Source: Fidelibacterota bacterium (lineage in GTDB: Bacteria > Fidelibacterota > Fidelibacteria > Fidelibacterales > DSDE01). Taken from it: a stretch of DNA of 20,052 bases. Of the stretch, positions 14,915-20,052 are shown piece by piece. The DNA lies in NCBI GenBank assembly GCA_046735395.1, contig JBJKQR010000060.1:1-20052 (forward strand). The letters are read 5' to 3'. Below the pieces are notes generated by a model. The model saw only the letters and a program-made list of their open reading frames with translations. It searched no databases and was not told where the DNA came from. Position 1 is the stretch's first letter. The number at the start of each line of letters is the position of its first letter. The position numbers and the translations under genes were made by a program.

Positions 14915-16726
14915 TTATCCTTCGTTTTCTGATACGGTGACACTGGTTGACAGATGCCGGAACCAGAGAAAATACAGCGCCGTGCTGAATGCCACGAGCA
15001 GCAGTCCCAGAATGATCGCCTGGCTGACAACTTTAAAAATCAGGTTCATCATGAACAGAAACAGAGTGACCTGCCAGAATACAGCGATAAAGGTGGACAG
15101 GATATCCCGTTTGTTTTCCTGATCAATGGCCGCAACGGTTTCAGGTTTCAGCTTCAGTTTGAACTGTTTCCAAAATCCGAAAGGCCGTGTCTTGTTGTAG
15201 AAATTCTGTAGCACCTTTGAATCCGTGGGTTCTGTAGCGAGAGTCCCGACGATGGTCCCCACAAGAGAGATCCCGGCTGCAAAGAGGAAAGCCCAGTATT
15301 CGGCCGTAGCAACCGGAAAAACAAGTTTCCAGACGATGGAGGCCAGCATGCCGGCAGCCATACCGATGGCATACCCGTAGCCATTAAGCCGCCACCAGTA
15401 CCAGCGGACCATCTGAGGAATAATAAGTCCGGCGCCGATACTCATGGTGATCCAGCCCCAGATTTCGTTGATATTCTTGATAAACAGGGTCAGCACCAGT
15501 CCGATGACAACGATGAGAATGGATGCCCAGTAACTTTGGGCCATCAGTTTTTTCTTGTCAGCGCCCGGATTGATATGCTGCAGATAGATATCCTTCACCC
15601 AATAGGCTGCACCGGCATTGACAGTGGAGTCAAAGGTGGACATGGCAGCCGCCACCAGGCCGGCAATGATGAACCCCTTGATCCCGACGGGAAGAATATT
15701 GACGACAGTCGGCAGAACCAGTTCAGGATCTGTAATCTGAGTTCCGAGGGAAATTCCCCATACCGCCATGGCGCCGATGAATGGCCAGCGGAAGGACAGA
15801 AGAAAAGTCCAGAAAAGGGAAAGCAGGCCTGCTTCCCGGTCATTTTTTGCGGCGTAATACCGCTGTATCATATAATTGCCTGTTCCGCCGCTCCCCTCGA
15901 TAACGGTTTTGAACAGATAGAACATGGTGGCAATTCCAAAGAGATTATAAATGCTGTAGGAAGACGCAGGATCAATATCAAGTTTCCACTTCGGAAGAAT
16001 AGAGCTCCAATCAGAGAAGGTCGTGGAAAAGTGGCGGAACCCCCCGTCGATAAGCGGCATGGAAATACTGAATTCCTCCGGAAGGTGAATGCCCAGCGCC
16101 CGGAATGATACGTAGGCGATGGCTGCAAAAATGAGGATACCCTGAAAGACATCCGTCCAGATCACACCGTAGAGGCCGGAGGCTACCGTATAGATCATGG
16201 CCATGGCGATCAGAATGGTGGCAGCCCAGAATTCGGACGGCATGCCCAGCCAGGCAGGAATACCCAGGAATTTATCCAGAAATTTCCCGCCGCCGATTGC
16301 AAAATACGTAACCATGGCAATGGTGACAATAATGGAAATGACAGCGGTGATGAAGCGCGCAAGACGGCCTTCCGTATCATTACCGAAGCGGAATTCCATC
16401 CATTCAGCAAGGGTCATGACATTGGCACGTCGGTTCCATTTCCCCATGAAAATCATGAGGAAGGCCATAATGAGGGTGACACCGCCCCGTATTTCGATAT
16501 AGAAACCCTTTGCTCCGATGGCATACACGAGCGCAACAATGATCATTGTTCCGCTGATGTCAAGGTTTGAGGCCATCCCGCTGGCACCCAATGCCCACCA
16601 GGGCAGTTCACGGTTTCCCAGAAAATAGGAATCAATTCCTTCCTTGGCCTTCTTCTGCATCCACAGACCTGCGATGATCATGCCGATGAGATAGAGAAAA
16701 ATGATAAAATAATCAATTGCTGCCAT
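14915..16726 (-). CDS. Sodium:solute symporter (SSS/SLC5 family), probably for a sugar
   Basis: Motifs YFLGNRELPWW..GASGMASN, SGLYGVIWTDVFQ, IQRYYAAK and AAAMSTFDS, plus many TM helices. The second ATG (16726) is better spaced from the GGGGG RBS than the ATG at 16729. The substrate is inferred from neighbouring genes only. Confidence 0.93.
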   Translation of the reverse strand: MAAIDYFIIFLYLIGMIIAGLWMQKKAKEGIDSYFLGNRELPWWALGASGMASNLDISGTMIIVALVYAIGAKGFYIEIRGGVTLIMAFLMIFMGKWNRRANVMTLAEWMEFRFGNDTEGRLARFITAVISIIVTIAMVTYFAIGGGKFLDKFLGIPAWLGMPSEFWAATILIAMAMIYTVASGLYGVIWTDVFQGILIFAAIAYVSFRALGIHLPEEFSISMPLIDGGFRHFSTTFSDWSSILPKWKLDIDPASSYSIYNLFGIATMFYLFKTVIEGSGGTGNYMIQRYYAAKNDREAGLLSLFWTFLLSFRWPFIGAMAVWGISLGTQITDPELVLPTVVNILPVGIKGFIIAGLVAAAMSTFDSTVNAGAAYWVKDIYLQHINPGADKKKLMAQSYWASILIVVIGLVLTLFIKNINEIWGWITMSIGAGLIIPQMVRWYWWRLNGYGYAIGMAAGMLASIVWKLVFPVATAEYWAFLFAAGISLVGTIVGTLATEPTDSKVLQNFYNKTRPFGFWKQFKLKLKPETVAAIDQENKRDILSTFIAVFWQVTLFLFMMNLIFKVVSQAIILGLLLVAFSTALYFLWFRHLSTSVTVSENEG

Positions 16727-16745
16727 CATACCCCCGATATCTTGC

Positions 16746-16800
16746 TTATTCGCTGACGTATTTCCATTAAATCAAATTTAGGTATTCGTCAAGCGAATAA
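16746..16800 (-). promoter_or_regulatory. Candidate promoter and operator region of the SSS-trmB-GH13-pfp-fbaA unit
   Basis: Minus-strand TTGACG (16792-16787) and TG-a-TTTAAT (16774-16766), with an atypical 15-nt spacer. The -35 lies within the palindrome TATTCG-N5-CGAATA (16783-16799). There is a further half-site TTATTCGCT at 16746-16754. Confidence 0.45.
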
Positions 16801-16833
16801 CAAATGCTTTGCAACTCACTTTTGAGTGAATAT

Positions 16834-17688
16834 TTAAAGACAGGCTTTATAGAAGGATTTCAAATCGGGAAAGAAGCTGGGAATATGCCGGATATCTGAA
16901 TGTCCGGCCTGTGGGTATACCAGCGTCCGACAGCTCGTGCAGGCATTCTCCAGCCTCTGAAATTCAGAATAGGGAACGACCTTGTCCTGCTGGCCATGAA
17001 CGAGTAATACGGGGACCTTGATAGTCTGGATAGCACGTTCAGGCCGGATTTCCTCGAAAGATACGCCCAGTTTTTTCTGAATATACCAGAGCATCATCTG
17101 TATGACCGGAAATCTGGGCATTCCGATCTGTCTCAGAGACCTGGTGATAATCGTTTCAGGATCGGAAAAGGCGCCCGTCGTCGCCAGTGCATCCACATCC
17201 GCTGATTCTGCCGTAGCCAGAATGGATCCTGAGCCTCCGATGGAATGGCCCAGTATAAACAGTTTCTGCTCCGGGGTCATCAGCTGTGTCTTCGCATAGC
17301 GGACACAGGAAAGGATATCTTCCTTGAACATTTTGACAGACGAATAGAAATCCCCGTCACTTTCTCCATGATTCCGTGCATCCGGTGCCAGAATATCATA
17401 GCCATCCTGAAAGAGTTCGTTCACGCAGTCCAGCATTCTGGCTGCATTTCGTCCCCAGCCGTGCATAATCAGAATAAGCGCCGGTGACGCTCCCTTATTT
17501 TTCAGATGCCAGGCATGAAGCATTTTGCCATTTTCAGTGGGAATGGAGAGGTCGCTGTATTCCAGGCCTGTAGATTCCGGATTCACCGTGTTCGGCAGCC
17601 TGGAATTTCTGGATATCATATGAACGAGAAGCCGAAAGAACAGAAATAAAAACAGCACTATTCCGAGGAGCCAGATAGCAATAGTCAT
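16834..17688 (-). CDS. Membrane-anchored alpha/beta-fold serine hydrolase
   Basis: N-terminal TM helix, HGWG oxyanion motif, DARNHGESDG, nucleophile elbow GHSIGG, PVLLVHGQQDKVVP and AGH, giving a Ser-Asp-His triad. The start overlaps the cobO stop (TAATG). Confidence 0.92.
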   Translation of the reverse strand: MTIAIWLLGIVLFLFLFFRLLVHMISRNSRLPNTVNPESTGLEYSDLSIPTENGKMLHAWHLKNKGASPALILIMHGWGRNAARMLDCVNELFQDGYDILAPDARNHGESDGDFYSSVKMFKEDILSCVRYAKTQLMTPEQKLFILGHSIGGSGSILATAESADVDALATTGAFSDPETIITRSLRQIGMPRFPVIQMMLWYIQKKLGVSFEEIRPERAIQTIKVPVLLVHGQQDKVVPYSEFQRLENACTSCRTLVYPQAGHSDIRHIPSFFPDLKSFYKACL

Positions 17689-18206
17689 TAAAAATCAATT
17701 CCTTTCTGAGCCATGTGGCCTTGTGTGAAGGGATGTTTGATCTCCTTCATTTCGCTGACCAGGTCAGCCATACGAATTAAACCAGGCGTTGCCCCCCGCC
17801 CAGTCAGAATGACATGCATGGAGGGCGGTATCGTTTTTAAATTTTCCATAACCGTCTGTTCATCTAGTAATCCGGTCTGAATGGCAACCAGAATTTCATC
17901 CAGGACCAGGAGTCTGCAGGATTGCGCCTGAATCTTTTCCATTCCAAGCTGAAATGCCGTTTCGGCAGCCAGCCGGTGATCTTCTTCCGTGGCATGGTCA
18001 TCCAGGATTTTATAAAAGCCCTTACCCATCGGAATGATTTCCAGAAGGTCGTCAAAGCGGACGGCGGATTTGAGTTCCCCCGTATCCCAGGTTCCCTTCA
18101 TGAACTGGATAAACACGATTTTCCACCCATAGCCGAGGGCACGAAAACAGGTACCGAGCGCGGCGGAAGTTTTGCCCTTGCCGTCACCTGTATAGATCAT
18201 AAGCAT
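17688..18206 (-). CDS. cobO: ATP:corrinoid adenosyltransferase (CobO/BtuR/CobA family)
   Basis: Motifs YTGDGKGKTSAALG, QFMKG, LVLDEI, VILTGR and ADLVSEMKEIKHPF..G..AQKGIDF. Confidence 0.95.
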   Translation of the reverse strand: MLMIYTGDGKGKTSAALGTCFRALGYGWKIVFIQFMKGTWDTGELKSAVRFDDLLEIIPMGKGFYKILDDHATEEDHRLAAETAFQLGMEKIQAQSCRLLVLDEILVAIQTGLLDEQTVMENLKTIPPSMHVILTGRGATPGLIRMADLVSEMKEIKHPFTQGHMAQKGIDF

Positions 18207-18221
18207 AGCGCTTCGATCCTA

Positions 18222-19811
18222 TCAGAAGAAGACAAAGGTCGTGATAACAAATACGATAATCAGAAAAGGAATTGAGAATTTCGCCATATATCCGAAGAAG
18301 CTGGGCATGGTTACGCCGCTTTCCTCGGATATGGACCGGACCATGAAGTTCGGTGCATTGCCGATGTAGGTCACGGCACCCATAAAGACGGCTCCGGTGG
18401 AAACAGCCTTGAGAAAATGCTCAAAACGTTCCAGAACTTCAGGCTGTACATGCTGGACTGCAGCGGCCCCCTGAGACAGAAAGAGAGAAACATCGCTCTC
18501 CGAGAGGCCCAGTTTGCCCAGTGCCGTATTGAAAAAAGTCAGGTAAGTGGGGGCGTTGTCCAGAAATGAGGACAGGGCTCCGGTCGCCCAGAAATAGTGC
18601 CAGGGTTCATTGATGGCCCGGATCAGGCCGCCGAGAGCGCCCTCTTCCCCCGCCTTGAGAATAGCAAGAGCAGGAATGATCGTTACAAAGATTCCGGCAA
18701 ATAGAAAAGCGACTTCCCGGATAGGTTCCCATCCGAATTCATTATCCTTGTGAATGGATGCGTCGGTTGTCCGGATGGACAGGTAAGCCATGAGGAGGAT
18801 GAGTCCGTCCCGAACCAGACTGGGAACGGGGATATGAATATGAAAGACCGTGACAGCGAGATCCGTTTTCCAGAAACCGCTGATCAGCACGCCGGCCATA
18901 ATTCCGAGCAGAAAGAGAAAATTATGAATACCCATGAGTTTCAGGGGTTCCTTTTCCCCGCTCTGCTCAGGCAGATTCTCTTCGCGCCGGTACATGATGC
19001 TGTCATACACGAAGAAAATAACGAGCAGCAAAACCGCCACAAATGACATTTCCGAAATCAGATGGAAAGTCCAGAAAAAGGGAATGCCGTGCAGAAACCC
19101 GAGAAAGAGCGGCGGGTCACCTAGAGGTGTCAGAGCTCCTCCCACATTTGAAACGAGAAAAATAAAGAAGACAATGACATGAACTTTGAATTTTCTCTCC
19201 TTATTTGCTCTCAGCAAGGGCCTGATCAGGAGCATGGATGCTCCGGTCGTCCCCATCCAGGACGCAAGTATTGTCCCGATGGTGATCATGAGCGTATTCA
19301 CAGCCGGGGTTCCCTTGAGTGTACCTCGCAGATAAATTCCGCCCGACACTGTAAAGAGTCCGAGAAGCAGAATGATGAAGGGAATATAATCAAGCAGGTA
19401 AATATGCAGAATCTCGTACAGAGCCAGGGAATGTTTGACAAACAGAAAGGGCAGACCAAACAGCAGGCCCCAGAATAGGGCGACTTTCGGATAATTATGA
19501 TGCCAGAAATGGGGTGCGAAAAGCGGAAACAGGGCGATTGAAAGAAGAATTCCGGCAAAAGGAATAGCTGTCCAGAGCGGAAGTGTCTTTCCCAGCTCCT
19601 CAGCGGCATGATGCAATTCTTCTGCGGGTGTCAGGTCTTCCTTAGGCTCACAGATATCTGTTTCCGTATGATCCGAGGGATCCAGCTTTTCTACACGCTC
19701 CCCCTTATTTTCAGCATGAAGTTGTGATGCTACAGAAAATCCCGGCCCGATAAACAACCCTGCCATAATGCAGGCCAGTATTACGTAAGGACTGAAAACC
19801 CTTTTTATCAT
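18222..19811 (-). CDS. IT-superfamily secondary transporter (CitMHS_2-like, usually annotated sodium:proton antiporter)
   Basis: Motifs PFAGILLSIALFPL..HFWH, GTTGASMLLIRP, SNVGGALTPLGDPPLFLGF, SSFLDNAPTYL and GAVFMGAVTYIGNAPNFMV. RBS GAGG upstream. Confidence 0.88.
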   Translation of the reverse strand: MIKRVFSPYVILACIMAGLFIGPGFSVASQLHAENKGERVEKLDPSDHTETDICEPKEDLTPAEELHHAAEELGKTLPLWTAIPFAGILLSIALFPLFAPHFWHHNYPKVALFWGLLFGLPFLFVKHSLALYEILHIYLLDYIPFIILLLGLFTVSGGIYLRGTLKGTPAVNTLMITIGTILASWMGTTGASMLLIRPLLRANKERKFKVHVIVFFIFLVSNVGGALTPLGDPPLFLGFLHGIPFFWTFHLISEMSFVAVLLLVIFFVYDSIMYRREENLPEQSGEKEPLKLMGIHNFLFLLGIMAGVLISGFWKTDLAVTVFHIHIPVPSLVRDGLILLMAYLSIRTTDASIHKDNEFGWEPIREVAFLFAGIFVTIIPALAILKAGEEGALGGLIRAINEPWHYFWATGALSSFLDNAPTYLTFFNTALGKLGLSESDVSLFLSQGAAAVQHVQPEVLERFEHFLKAVSTGAVFMGAVTYIGNAPNFMVRSISEESGVTMPSFFGYMAKFSIPFLIIVFVITTFVFF

Positions 19812-19833
19812 GATCGGCCTTCCTCAATTTTCC

Positions 19834-19862
19834 ATATTATACAAAATCATGTCCGCAAGCAA
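19834..19862 (-). promoter_or_regulatory. Candidate sigma70-type promoter for antiporter-cobO-hydrolase
   Basis: Perfect TATAAT at 19841-19836 on the minus strand. The overlapping TAATAT (19839-19834) lies 17 nt from TTGCTT (19862-19857), in an AT-rich intergenic gap. Confidence 0.5.
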
Positions 19863-19914
19863 AAATGTTTTTCTCACAAAGCTGTCTCATCTCCCTTTCA
19901 GGAAAGATCCCGGC

Positions 19915-20052
19915 CTACAGAGTGACCAGGATCGAAAGAGATGATGAAACAAGATCATGGAGCGGAGACCACCAGATGCCGAATAGGAGCACCGGCACCA
20001 GGAGAATCAGCAGCAAGACTGCAAAGCCCCGAGGAATTTCCAGACTGTCGAT
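19915..20052 (-). CDS. 3' end of a membrane protein, possibly a NuoN/MrpD-type proton-translocating subunit (partial)
   Basis: Absent from the ORF track. Manual translation from 20052 gives IDSLEIPRGFAVLLLILLVPVLLFGIWWSPLHDLVSSSLSILVTL*. A TM helix ending in FGIWWSPL followed by an amphipathic tail resembles the NuoN/MrpD C-terminus. Only 45 aa are visible. Confidence 0.45.
   Translation of the reverse strand: MDSLEIPRGFAVLLLILLVPVLLFGIWWSPLHDLVSSSLSILVTL

Noticed and set aside
14334..16108. 262-aa and 190-aa plus-strand ORFs
   Set aside because: They are antisense to the well-supported trmB and SSS genes and show no family motifs.
16814..16829. Short palindromes ACTCA-cttt-TGAGT and TCACT-tttg-AGTGA after the hydrolase stop as a terminator
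   Set aside because: The stems are only 5 bp, AT-rich and lack a U tract, so they are too weak to call.
19863..19914. Riboswitch (Na+/Li+ or cobalamin) or terminator upstream of the antiporter
   Set aside because: Only a weak CTTT-cctg-AAAG hairpin is present, upstream of the putative promoter, and I recognise no aptamer consensus. An Infernal/Rfam scan would settle it.
1..20052. CRISPR array, tRNA/rRNA, IS or integrase, reverse transcriptase/DGR
   Set aside because: No nucleotide-level direct-repeat arrays or relevant protein motifs were seen, and the intergenic gaps are all about 105 nt or shorter.

Overview
Gene-dense bacterial chromosomal window of roughly balanced GC, with two convergent blocks meeting at a bidirectional intrinsic terminator (9553-9580). 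The diderm envelope proteins and the NGxWDxGE motif weakly suggest an FCB-type lineage. Plus strand: a tightly spaced three-gene envelope operon with (i) a giant 5'-truncated acidic protein of about 17 tandem FN3/Ig-like repeats in two subtypes, (ii) a secreted FecR-domain protein with no anti-sigma N-terminus, and (iii) a 900-aa probable outer-membrane beta-barrel with two N-terminal Ig-like domains. I cannot assign this trio to a characterised system, and it is the best candidate for an undescribed one. Minus strand, in transcription order: the 3' end of a NuoN/MrpD-like membrane protein, an IT-superfamily Na+/H+ antiporter-like transporter, cobO/btuR, an alpha/beta hydrolase, then a probable sugar operon (SSS symporter, TrmB regulator, GH13-fold lipoprotein, PPi-dependent PFK, class II aldolase). 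The GH13 protein appears to have lost its catalytic residues, which is the second highlight. No RNA genes, CRISPR arrays or mobile elements were recognised. All calls come from reading motifs by eye, with no database searches.
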